From a virus (taxonomy: Duplodnaviria; Caudoviricetes), in IMG/VR virus record IMGVR_UViG_3300035182_002389, positions 32,001-96,000 of that record: a stretch of DNA of 64,000 nt; one strand, written 5' to 3'. The notes under the pieces were generated by a model. That model did not search any database, was not told where the DNA came from, and was given only the letters and a program-made list of their open reading frames with translations. Positions 17,154-25,533 of this stretch are shown here, in pieces (the first letter of the stretch is position 1; each line of letters opens with the position of its first letter). A program made the translations under genes and the position numbers.

Positions 17154-18464
17154 TCAGGAGACCAAAGCCGAGAGCGTCACGTTCTGCGGGACGCTCGTGA
17201 GCGCGACCGGACCGGGCCCGCGGTTGACGAACTCGACCCAGAAGCCCGAGCCCGCCTGACCGGGCGCCGACTGACCGAGCTTGAACGCCTTGAGCGCGCT
17301 GAGCGAGACCGATCGGGTTGCGCGCTGCTTCGTCCCCTGCGACGCGGCCCGCGGACCCGCGCTGCCCGCCTGGTAGACGTAGCCGTTGTTCGCGTGGATG
17401 GCCGACAGCTCCCAGCCCGCCGAGGCCGCAGCGCTCTGCCACTGGAGCGTGTTCGGCTTGATGGTCTCGCCGTTCTCGGGCAGGTACACGCGGAAGTTCG
17501 CGCCGACGGGGTAGTTGGTCCCCGGCGGGAAATGCGGCACCGGCGGGTCCGGGAACGCGAGGGTCGCTTGATGCGGCGCGACCGTTGCGCGGGCAGGGAC
17601 TGCGACCTTGGCGGCCGTGTTGCCGATGCGCCGATACGCGACGGGCGCCGCGGTGCGCGCCGGAAGCGCGTTCGCCTGCTGCATGGCCTGGGGGACGCTC
17701 TGCATGCCGGCCGGGCCGCCGAGGTGCGCGAGGGCCGAGGCCGCCTTCACGGGGGGCGTGACCAGGCCGCCGAAGGGGTTTGGCGCGCCCATGTGCGCGA
17801 GCGAAGAGGCCGCGTGCACGCCGGGGGTCACGAGGCCGCCGAAGGGCAGCGCCGCGCCGGTGTGCACGGGGGTCCACGACGCCGGCAGGTGGAGCACCTC
17901 GCCGACCTTGAGGTCCATGAAGTTGCCGTCGATCTTGTTGGTCGCCTTCTGCGGGTTCGCAGCGGCCAGCGCCTTCCACATGTCCTTGCGGCCCGTGTGC
18001 TTGTGCGCGATGTGCGAGGGCGTGTCGCCAGCCCGCACGATGTAGACGTTGCCGCTCGCCTTCTGCTCGGCGGGCTGCACGGTGGCGGCCTGCGCGGCGG
18101 CCTTCTGCGCGGAGGCGATGAGGTTCTTCTTCGCCGTGGTCGCGCCGGTGTGCATGGGGACCGTGCCGTTCACCGACTGGCCGTAGCCGTGGCTCTGGGC
18201 GCTCGGGGCGACGGAGCGGGCGTTGAACTGCGACACGGGAACGGGCATCGCCGTGAGGTGCTGCGGGGCGCCTGCGTGCGCGGCCTGGTAGGACGGACGG
18301 CGCGCGTTCTCGATGGCCGCCTTCGCCGCCGCTTCCTGGAGGACGGCGGCTGCGTACACCTGCTGCGTCTGCGAGCGGTAGGGGCTCGCCTGGGGGAGCG
18401 CGGGCGCCCCGGTCGCGGCGTGGGGGAGAGGGTGGTTCGTACCGCAAAAGGGGCAGAAGGGCAT
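17154..18464 (-). CDS. CxxC-H leader family protein 3 with LysM domain
   Basis: MPFCPFCGTNH; YIVRAGDTPSHIA...WKALAAAN...LKVGEVLHLP. Confidence 0.75.
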   Translation of the reverse strand: MPFCPFCGTNHPLPHAATGAPALPQASPYRSQTQQVYAAAVLQEAAAKAAIENARRPSYQAAHAGAPQHLTAMPVPVSQFNARSVAPSAQSHGYGQSVNGTVPMHTGATTAKKNLIASAQKAAAQAATVQPAEQKASGNVYIVRAGDTPSHIAHKHTGRKDMWKALAAANPQKATNKIDGNFMDLKVGEVLHLPASWTPVHTGAALPFGGLVTPGVHAASSLAHMGAPNPFGGLVTPPVKAASALAHLGGPAGMQSVPQAMQQANALPARTAAPVAYRRIGNTAAKVAVPARATVAPHQATLAFPDPPVPHFPPGTNYPVGANFRVYLPENGETIKPNTLQWQSAAASAGWELSAIHANNGYVYQAGSAGPRAASQGTKQRATRSVSLSALKAFKLGQSAPGQAGSGFWVEFVNRGPGPVALTSVPQNVTLSALVS

Positions 18465-18540
18465 GGGAGAGCTTCCTTGGTGGATCGAGAACGAAGCGGC
18501 GGACCTCGCGCGCGAGTTCACGCGCGAGATCCGCGGAGGA

Positions 18541-19281
18541 TCAGGAGACGAAGCCGGTCGGCATGATCGCCGCGCCCGTCGCGTTGTGGAACACGATGTA
18601 GAGGTGGTTGCTGTTGATGGTCGCACCCATCGGCAGGTTCTTCGTCCACACCATACCGCCCGTGTCGAGCTGAATCCCTCGGCACACGCCATCGTTGGCG
18701 GCGGGAACGCCGATCGGGGTCGCCGAGCACGCGTCGTACGTGCCGGTGCGACCGGAGGCGTCGAGGGTCGGGAGCGCCTCGTTGCGGCCGACCTTGACCG
18801 AGGAGACCTGAAGACCAGGACTCGTGATCGTGACGCTGCGCAGAGCGATGTCGCTCGGCGTCTGATAGAGCGCGAACACGGTCGCGCCCGGGGCGATGGG
18901 CTTGTCGAGCGCGGGCAGTGCGATCGCGCTCGGCGGCGTCGGCGGCGTCGACGGCGTCGAGGAACCGCCGGAAGGCGCCGTGAGGTTTAGTCGGAAGCGG
19001 CGCGCGTTGAACAGGAAGGGCGCGCCGGTCGCGGCGCCGGCCATGAGACCGTTGACGGCGGCGCGCTCCTTCTGCTGCTGCGCCTGGATGACCGAGGCGG
19101 CCTTCTTCGCCTTGAGCTGCTGCTGCACGTGGAAGCTCGACGGGCGAGCCGTCAAGCCGTGCTGGGCCTGCTCGGCAATGGCCGCGGCGTAGATCCGCTG
19201 GACCTGCGAGCGGTAGGGGCTCGCCTGGGGGACGGCCCCGACGGCGGCGTGGTTCTGGCGGCAGTGGGGGCAAAGCGACAT
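18541..19281 (-). CDS. CxxC-H leader family protein 4
   Basis: MSLCPHCRQNHAAVGA; PQASPYRSQ shared with protein 3. Confidence 0.7.
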   Translation of the reverse strand: MSLCPHCRQNHAAVGAVPQASPYRSQVQRIYAAAIAEQAQHGLTARPSSFHVQQQLKAKKAASVIQAQQQKERAAVNGLMAGAATGAPFLFNARRFRLNLTAPSGGSSTPSTPPTPPSAIALPALDKPIAPGATVFALYQTPSDIALRSVTITSPGLQVSSVKVGRNEALPTLDASGRTGTYDACSATPIGVPAANDGVCRGIQLDTGGMVWTKNLPMGATINSNHLYIVFHNATGAAIMPTGFVS

Positions 19282-19345
19282 GAGGACGGCTCCTGATCTC
19301 TCGGGTTCGTCTCGCATCGTACCACTGCCGTACGGGTCCGAGAAC

Positions 19346-19360
19346 AGCTTGTCGCAAGCC
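19346..19360. promoter_or_regulatory. Palindromic box
   Basis: AGCTTGTCGCAAGCC in the divergent intergenic region. Confidence 0.6.
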
Positions 19361-19396
19361 GTGAAACCCTGAACGCTTTGCCAGCGACTAGATACA

Positions 19397-19425
19397 TTGA
19401 CAACTCATGTACGTTGTGCGATCCT
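19397..19425 (+). promoter_or_regulatory. Promoter P1
   Basis: TTGACA-N17-GATCCT; spacer ends in TACGTTGTGC. Confidence 0.7.
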
Positions 19426-19438
19426 CACGTCTGACTCC

Positions 19439-21148
19439 ATGAAGAAACCGAACGCGGGAAGCGAAAAGAACGCGCCGTTGGCGCGAGCACGCGCTTCGCG
19501 CGAGGACGCTCCTGCGGAGCGAGGACGCTCCTTTGGAGCGAGCGGCGAGAAGCAAAAGTACGTCGCGGGGCGCCCCGTGCGGGTCGGCGACAGGTTCGGC
19601 GAGCTGACCGTCACCGAGCAGATCGAAGCGCCCGACCACAAGACCTACCAAGGTCGGCACTGGCTCTGCACGTGCGACTGCGGCAACCCTGCGATTCGCA
19701 CGACCACGACGCTTCAGCAAGCGCTCGCAAAAGGGCACGTCTCTTCCTGCCGAGAGTGCTGGCTGGAGCTGCTCCGATCGCGCACGGCGGAGACGTTCGA
19801 CCAGGAACGAACCAAGACGCGCACCGCGCTCGCATCGCTGTGGGCGCAGCATCGAACGCTCTACAGCGTCGCCTACGACGCGCGCGAAGAAGAACGGATT
19901 CGAGACGCCATCGAAGAGGACGGGATCCCGATCCGGTCGGAGGAGTCGCTCTCCGAGCAGTACGCCGTCGAGCCCTCACTGCTGAACGTCGACGCTCCCT
20001 CGTCGGCGGAGACGACCACGGCCCCGGTGCAGCGCGCCGCGTACCTCTATCCCGTCGGAGGCGGCGAGCTTTGCTGGGCGTGCATCACGTGTGGCGAGAC
20101 CTTTTCGCGAGGGTTCGGGTGCACGCTCTGCATCGAGCCCGTCTGCATGGACTGCGTGAGGAGCGAGGCGCACGTCCACACCGAAGACGAAGACGGCCTG
20201 ATGCTGCATCAGATTGCGGCGGAGTTCGATCGGAGCCGCGAGCGCGTCCGGCAGATGGAGACGCAGGGTCTCACCAAGCTGCGTCACCTCCACATGGCTT
20301 CACTCGTCAGGACCCTCGGGGCGGACTACGTGAGCGTGCACGCGTTTCTTCGCGCCTTGCACCCCGAGCTTCTCGACGTCGGCGAGATGCTTGCTGTGCT
20401 CGACTGGCGCGAGCGCATGGCGCGCGAAGCGAAGGTCGCCGCGTACAGGGCCGCAGAGGAGGCGGCCGAGAGGGCCGCAGAAACGCGGAGGATCATCGAA
20501 GAGCGTCGCCAGGCCAAGCGTGAAGAAGAACAGCGTCGCCGGGCCGAGCTTGCTGCCCAACCCGAGGAAGTGAGGGCGCTTCGTATTCAGCGCAACCTCG
20601 CGCGTCGTGAGACGGAGACGACGCGGCTGGCGAACGATCTCGCAGCCTGGCACGCGAACCTCGAAGCGTTGCGTGCGAGCGAGCCCGAACGAGATCGGCG
20701 CGCGGCCGAGGCGAAGAGCGCGCTCGAACTCGAACGCATCGAGAACGAGAAGAGGCGCAGCGCCGAGGTGATGGAAGAGGCCCGTAAGACCCTCGCCACG
20801 ACCTCCGCCGTCTTCGTCCCGAGCAAGCTCAGGGTCGCCGCGCGCAAGCAAGACCTCCTCGCGATCCTCATGCTCCCCGTCGGCGAGTTCGATTTCAGCG
20901 AGGAGGTGCGAGGCGCACTCGTCGAGGCCGGCGCCGAGTACATCGGCGATCTTCTCTGCGAGCTGTCGTGCCCGCCTTCGCGATGGGTCGGACCTCTGCT
21001 CGGCGCGGAGGTGCTGTTCGCGTTGCGAGAGGTCGGCCTCAACTTCGGCGTCAACATCTACGCGCTCACGGGCAGGAAAGGCTCGGAGCTGCCGTTCGCG
21101 ACCCCGTTCGTCAAGCGGATGGGGAAGGTTTCAACCAAAAAACATTGA
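19439..21148 (+). CDS. Multidomain protein: CDCG zinc domain, sigma70 region-4 HTH, coiled coil, RNA polymerase alpha-CTD-like domain
   Basis: WLCTCDCG; LHQIAAEFDRSRERVRQMETQGLTKLR; LPVGEFDFSEEVRGALVEAGAEYIGDLL. Confidence 0.7.
   Translation: MKKPNAGSEKNAPLARARASREDAPAERGRSFGASGEKQKYVAGRPVRVGDRFGELTVTEQIEAPDHKTYQGRHWLCTCDCGNPAIRTTTTLQQALAKGHVSSCRECWLELLRSRTAETFDQERTKTRTALASLWAQHRTLYSVAYDAREEERIRDAIEEDGIPIRSEESLSEQYAVEPSLLNVDAPSSAETTTAPVQRAAYLYPVGGGELCWACITCGETFSRGFGCTLCIEPVCMDCVRSEAHVHTEDEDGLMLHQIAAEFDRSRERVRQMETQGLTKLRHLHMASLVRTLGADYVSVHAFLRALHPELLDVGEMLAVLDWRERMAREAKVAAYRAAEEAAERAAETRRIIEERRQAKREEEQRRRAELAAQPEEVRALRIQRNLARRETETTRLANDLAAWHANLEALRASEPERDRRAAEAKSALELERIENEKRRSAEVMEEARKTLATTSAVFVPSKLRVAARKQDLLAILMLPVGEFDFSEEVRGALVEAGAEYIGDLLCELSCPPSRWVGPLLGAEVLFALREVGLNFGVNIYALTGRKGSELPFATPFVKRMGKVSTKKH
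19471..19540. repeat. Four-hairpin triloop array, copy 3
   Basis: CGCGCC-GTT-GGCGCG AGCA CGCGC-TTC-GCGCG AGGA CGCTCC-TGC-GGAGCG AGGA CGCTCC-TTT-GGAGCG. Confidence 0.9.
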
Positions 21149-21173
21149 CATGTTTATGTAGTTGATCCAAACT
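21145..21173 (+). promoter_or_regulatory. Promoter P2
   Basis: TTGACA-N17-CAAACT. Confidence 0.6.
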
Positions 21174-21207
21174 GAGCGTTCCCTCGCGAGGGTCTGAAGG
21201 AGACGGT

Positions 21208-21441
21208 ATGGGCGAGACGTGCAAGCTGAGGGCGTGGGGGTCGGGCGACAAGGAAGACTGCGGCTCGCCGGCGGGCTCGCACGGCTACTGCCAGAAGTGC
21301 TACCCGCTCGTGCGAGGTGGCATCCTCGCGCGCATTCGAGAGGCCGAGCGCGACCTCGAATCCGACAGGTTGGAGCTGCGCCAGCTCGAAGCGGCAGAGG
21401 CTCGCGACATCGCCAAGCGCTGCTTCGGCGGAGACATCTGA
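21208..21441 (+). CDS. Small Cys-containing hypothetical protein
   Basis: AAGGAG RBS. Confidence 0.6.
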   Translation: MGETCKLRAWGSGDKEDCGSPAGSHGYCQKCYPLVRGGILARIREAERDLESDRLELRQLEAAEARDIAKRCFGGDI

Positions 21442-21449
21442 GGCAAGGC

Positions 21450-21525
21450 GAGACGAGATGGGGAACGGGAACGCTCGCTTCGCGAGCTGGCAACGGGAAC
21501 GGGAACGCTCGCTTCGCGAGCTGTG
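21450..21525. repeat. (GGGAAC)n / GCTCGC-TTC-GCGAGC element
   Basis: Two tandem GGGAACGGGAACGCTCGCTTCGCGAGCTG units. Confidence 0.85.
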
Positions 21526-21537
21526 GAGAAGGCCATC

Positions 21538-21927
21538 GTGGCGAGCAACCCCCGCAAATCGCAACACCTCTGCGTCCACAACCTGTGCAAGAACCTTCGC
21601 GAGCCCGGCAAGGCTCGCTGCTGGGTGCACCTCGGTTGGGCTGCGCGCCATTCTGCGACCTACCGGCAGCGGCGCGAGAGCCAGGGGCTCTGTCACCACT
21701 CGGCGTGCAAGAAGCGCCCGGTGAAAGACCGCCGCTTCTGCAAGCCCCACCTCAAGCTCCACGCCGAGAAGACCAACGAGTACCTGAAGCGCAAAGCGAA
21801 GGAGCGCGAGCGTCTGAACGCCGACATCTCGCGCGCGATGGCGCAGTCGAGCATCGCGCAAACGAAGGCGGCCAAGCCCGCGAAGAAGACCGTGAAGAAG
21901 ACCGCGAAGAAGAGGGCAAGCCGATGA
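21538..21927 (+). CDS. Protein with duplicated Cys/His zinc knuckles and a Lys/Ala tail
   Basis: C-x4-C...C-xx-H twice. Confidence 0.55.
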   Translation: MASNPRKSQHLCVHNLCKNLREPGKARCWVHLGWAARHSATYRQRRESQGLCHHSACKKRPVKDRRFCKPHLKLHAEKTNEYLKRKAKERERLNADISRAMAQSSIAQTKAAKPAKKTVKKTAKKRASR

Positions 21928-22142
21928 CCGAGCACTCCGTGGACGTGTCGATGGGCAGTGGCGAGGTGGCGGCGCACGAGGACGGCTCGATCGAGCTTCG
22001 CGCCTCGTCGATCGAGACGGCCCTGCTCGTGCTCGCGAAGATGCTCTCCGACCAAGGCAAGGTCATGGTCCGGGTGAAGGGCGACGGCTCGATGGGGATC
22101 GTCGCGACGCTCTCGATCCACGAAGCGCCCAAGCCGTCGTGA
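21924..22142 (+). CDS. Hypothetical protein
   Basis: ATGA overlap. Confidence 0.55.
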   Translation: MTEHSVDVSMGSGEVAAHEDGSIELRASSIETALLVLAKMLSDQGKVMVRVKGDGSMGIVATLSIHEAPKPS

Positions 22143-22172
22143 GAGGAAGAGGAAGAGGAAGAGGAAGCGACG

Positions 22173-23180
22173 ATGCGCCTTGGATGGATCACCGACCCCC
22201 ACATGAACTTCGTGAGCACGCTCGACTGGTGGCGCGAGCTGCTCAAAGAGGGCGACGACGCCTACCTCATCACGGGCGACATCGCGGAGGCCTCGTCCAT
22301 CATCCCGTCGCTCCAGGCGCTCGCGGCGGAACTGCCCGCCGGCAAGGTCATCTACTTCGTGCTCGGCAACCACGATTTTTACGGCTCCTCGATGCCGGGC
22401 CGTCCGAGGGCGACCATCGCGGACACGCGCGCGAGGGTCGCACACTTCGCGAAGTACGAGCCGAAGCTCGTCTACCTGCACGACCTCGATCCCTTTGCCA
22501 GCGCGCCGAAGGCGCGCGTTCCCGTTCCCGTTCCCGAATCCCGCGCCGAAGGCGCGTCTCGTCTCCCTGCGCTGGGACGAGACGAAATCGGGAAGGGGGA
22601 ACGCTCGCTGCGCGAGCTGGAAACGGGAACGGGAACGGGAAACGGGTACGTCGAGATCGCTCCGAACACCGCGCTGGTCGGCGTCGACGGCTGGTACGAC
22701 ACGCTCAACGGCGACGTGAAGAGGAGTCGCTGCGGACTCGCGGACTTCCACCTCATCCCGGACATGAACTGCCCGGCGAAGGAGAGGAACGCCCTCTGCC
22801 AGACCCTCACGATGATGGACGCCGTGCGGCTCCAGAAGATGATCGAGAACGCGCTCGGCGACAAGCGCGTCGTCGAGCTGGTCGTCGCGACGCACGTGCC
22901 GCCGTTTTCGGGCGCGGCGTGGCATCTCGGCGAAGTGAGCGACTCCGAGCACCTGCCCTACTTCTCGAACCGCCTCGTCGGCAAAGCCATCGTCGAGTCG
23001 ACCGAAGACTTTCGACAAGCCGGCGGCAAGGTGACGGTGCTGTGCGGCCACTCGCACTCGGAGGGGAAAATCTATCCCCACCACAACCTCAAGGTGCTCA
23101 CCGGCGCGGCCGAATACTACGCGCCGAAGAAGCACATGACGCTCGCGCTCGGCGAGCTTGTCCGTTCGGAGAACTGGTGA
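22173..23180 (+). CDS. Calcineurin-like metallophosphoesterase with an in-frame repeat insertion
   Basis: ITDPH, ITGDI, LGNHDFY, THVPP, CGHSH; preceded by (GAGGAA)4. Confidence 0.85.
   Translation: MRLGWITDPHMNFVSTLDWWRELLKEGDDAYLITGDIAEASSIIPSLQALAAELPAGKVIYFVLGNHDFYGSSMPGRPRATIADTRARVAHFAKYEPKLVYLHDLDPFASAPKARVPVPVPESRAEGASRLPALGRDEIGKGERSLRELETGTGTGNGYVEIAPNTALVGVDGWYDTLNGDVKRSRCGLADFHLIPDMNCPAKERNALCQTLTMMDAVRLQKMIENALGDKRVVELVVATHVPPFSGAAWHLGEVSDSEHLPYFSNRLVGKAIVESTEDFRQAGGKVTVLCGHSHSEGKIYPHHNLKVLTGAAEYYAPKKHMTLALGELVRSENW
22497..22648. repeat. Composite palindromic (GTTCCC)n...(GGGAAC)n element
   Basis: Left arm: GAA-loop hairpins in GTTCCC repeats; right arm: TGC-loop hairpin in GGGAAC repeats. 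Confidence 0.85.
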
Positions 23181-23184
23181 CCTT

Positions 23185-23290
23185 CCCGGCGGGCGACCGA
23201 AGGTCGCGAGCCGCCCGATCCCGCACCGAAGGTGCGCCCGGTCCCGGTCCCGTTTTCCCCGGTTCCCGGTCCCCGCTTTCCCGTTTCTGT
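23185..23290. repeat. GAA-triloop hairpins with TCCCGG-like repeats
   Basis: CGACC-GAA-GGTCG, CGCACC-GAA-GGTGCG. Confidence 0.75.
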
Positions 23291-23301
23291 AGGAGGACTC
23301 G

Positions 23302-23406
23302 ATGGCGTTCGCGTTTCAGAAGATGGACGTCTACCGGGCCTCGATGGAGTTCGTCTCCTTCGCGAAGCTCACTGAAGAAGAACAGGCCGCGCTCGGGATC
23401 CGCTGA
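23302..23406 (+). pseudogene. Remnant resembling the N-terminus of a four-helix-bundle (23S IVP/Avd-like) protein
   Basis: AGGAGG RBS; MAFAFQKMDVYRASMEFV then stop at 34 aa. Confidence 0.4.
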
Positions 23407-23409
23407 CTC

Positions 23410-23748
23410 ATGCGCTTCAACAACGGTCTGATGGGCGACAAAGCCCCTTGCGACGACTGCAAGCGCCCGCGCAGTGAGCACGAGTGGCGATGTCGAAAGT
23501 GCGGGGCGCTCTCGGTCGAGAAGCATCCGTGCAACTGCGGCGCGCACTCGTTCCCGACGCCCGCGTGCGGGTGCAAGATCGGCAGCTCCCTCTACTGCGC
23601 GACTTCGGTGCGAAGGTTCACCGAGCACGACCGCCTCGAATGCGCGATGTACGACACGGTCGCGGTCAGTGCCGCGCTCGCGAAGCGGTGGCGCGACGAC
23701 ATGAAGTGGGAGCTGGACGAAGCCGCACGACTCAAGGATCTGCCATGA
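23410..23748 (+). CDS. Cys-rich hypothetical protein
   Basis: Multiple CxxC. Confidence 0.55.
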   Translation: MRFNNGLMGDKAPCDDCKRPRSEHEWRCRKCGALSVEKHPCNCGAHSFPTPACGCKIGSSLYCATSVRRFTEHDRLECAMYDTVAVSAALAKRWRDDMKWELDEAARLKDLP

Positions 23749-24458
23749 AGTACAAATCGAGCCGGCCGGGCGGAGGGGGAGATTGCGCGACGTGCAAGCA
23801 GAGCACACTCGCACACGTGTGGCACTGCACGGGCTGCGGCAAAGAATCGAAGATCATTCGCCTGGACAAGCCCATGGCGGAGGCTGAGCCCGCGTGTTCG
23901 TGCGTCGACACTCTCATCCTTCCCTACTGCCCAAAAGACGTGCGAAGTCTGACTCAAGAGGACCTCGACGCCGACGATCTTCTGTCCGAGAAGCTCAGAC
24001 AACTCTTGTGCTTGGGCCCGGGGCCCTACGAGACCGCAATCTCGTGGATGCGATGGGAGCTGGAAGAGGTTGGACGGATGCGCGAGGAGATGGAAGAGAT
24101 CGCCCACCTTCGCAAAATGGAGGCGGCGCAGACCGACGAAGACCTCATCATGATCTTCCTTGGCGCGCTCTCCATCTTCCACGGCGCGACGACGGACGAA
24201 GCTTCCCAAACGTCGGCAAGCAAGAGCGTCGACGAGGCGCTCGATGCCCTTCGCGAGCGCATGAAGCGCCTTCGCGCGGTTGCCGTCGCCGCAAAGAAGG
24301 CGCGCCGCATCATCGAGTCTGAGGAGGATATTATCGACTCGTTGCGCGCGGGCTACGACGAAGAGAATGCGAGCCTCCGCTTCTCCAGGTTCCACGAGGC
24401 GCTCGCCGACCTGCGCGCGCACGACATGAATCCGATCGGATCGGTGAAACCAGCATGA
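23745..24458 (+). CDS. Hypothetical protein (CxxC N-terminus, coiled coil)
   Basis: ATGA overlaps at both ends. Confidence 0.6.
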   Translation: MKYKSSRPGGGGDCATCKQSTLAHVWHCTGCGKESKIIRLDKPMAEAEPACSCVDTLILPYCPKDVRSLTQEDLDADDLLSEKLRQLLCLGPGPYETAISWMRWELEEVGRMREEMEEIAHLRKMEAAQTDEDLIMIFLGALSIFHGATTDEASQTSASKSVDEALDALRERMKRLRAVAVAAKKARRIIESEEDIIDSLRAGYDEENASLRFSRFHEALADLRAHDMNPIGSVKPA

Positions 24459-25399
24459 GTGAAAAGTCCGAAGACCCTCGCGAGGATGAAGGTCGCTGGT
24501 CGCGCTACCGACCGGGCGGCAAGGAGTTCACTTCGGAATCCGAAGTGCTCCGCAAATGCACGAAGTGTGGCCACTTCGAGTGCCCTTTCTGCCGCATTTG
24601 GTGCGACACCTTCATTGACCATGAGGACGATCCGTCCATCGAAGAAGGCGACCACGAGATGTGCTGTGATGGGGAGTGCACCTACGACAGAGAGCCCGAC
24701 CCGAGGCTTGACGCCTTCCTCGGCGCGCACGAAGGTCACACTCTCGGCGAGCGTGAGGACGGGGCCGTCCTCGCCTACGAAGAACCGCCGCTGACGCCCG
24801 AGGAGCTGGCCGAAAAGGCTGCCCAGAAGGCGCGCGACGAAGCGGAACGACTCCACAAGAGAACGAGGCGAGCCATGCGTGAAGTTCTGAGCAAGACGGT
24901 CAAGGCGGCGCTCAAGGCAGTGGGCAAGGACGGCACGGGGATCTACCTCGTCGTCGACTTCGGGGAAAAGGGCGTGATGAGCGCCATCCTCAAGGACGAC
25001 CAGGACCCGACGGCCCTCGACCGCATCCACAAGAAGATCGACGAGGATTGGGCCAAGCCGCCCTCGGCCGATGCCGAGCGCTCGACGACGGTCGTCGTGC
25101 CGATGGACGAGCGCATCACGGACTCGGTCGCGCCTCCCCCGGGCCCGATGAAGGCCGACGACCCGATGAAGGCGGACGACCCGCTGAAGCCCGCCTGCGA
25201 CGCCACCATCGCGTCTGCGAAGGACGAAGAGGCCAAGCGTGAGGCGCTCATCGAGCACGCGCGCGCGTGGGTCAAGGACCCCGAGAAGAACGGCGGTCTC
25301 GAATGGCTCCAGAACACGGGCGCGGACGCGCTCGCCGCCCTCTTCACCGTCATCGACCGCGAACCCGAAGCGCCGGAGTTCGACGCGGACAGAGGATGA
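24455..25399 (+). CDS. Acidic hypothetical protein
   Basis: CxxC motifs; PMKADD tandem repeat. Confidence 0.65.
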   Translation: MSEKSEDPREDEGRWSRYRPGGKEFTSESEVLRKCTKCGHFECPFCRIWCDTFIDHEDDPSIEEGDHEMCCDGECTYDREPDPRLDAFLGAHEGHTLGEREDGAVLAYEEPPLTPEELAEKAAQKARDEAERLHKRTRRAMREVLSKTVKAALKAVGKDGTGIYLVVDFGEKGVMSAILKDDQDPTALDRIHKKIDEDWAKPPSADAERSTTVVVPMDERITDSVAPPPGPMKADDPMKADDPLKPACDATIASAKDEEAKREALIEHARAWVKDPEKNGGLEWLQNTGADALAALFTVIDREPEAPEFDADRG

Positions 25400-25445
25400 A
25401 ACCGCGTGTTTCATGCGGCAAAAACTGCATGAACACGTCAATGGC

Positions 25446-25474
25446 TTGACCCCTTATCTATTTTGTGAAAGCCT
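25446..25474 (+). promoter_or_regulatory. Promoter P3
   Basis: TTGACC-N17-AAGCCT; spacer ends in TTTTGTGA. Confidence 0.55.
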
Positions 25475-25533
25475 CGGTTTCGCGGAACGGGCGGACCTGG
25501 GCACGGAGCGCTTTTGGCGCGAGGGGCAAGAGC

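Noticed and set aside
19397-19438. TTG start of the 583-aa ORF
   Set aside because: This TTG is the -35 box of promoter P1; ATG 19439 or a later start is more plausible.
23302-23406. Diversity-generating retroelement (Avd-like remnant)
   Set aside because: No reverse transcriptase and no TR/VR pair differing at adenines seen in the window.
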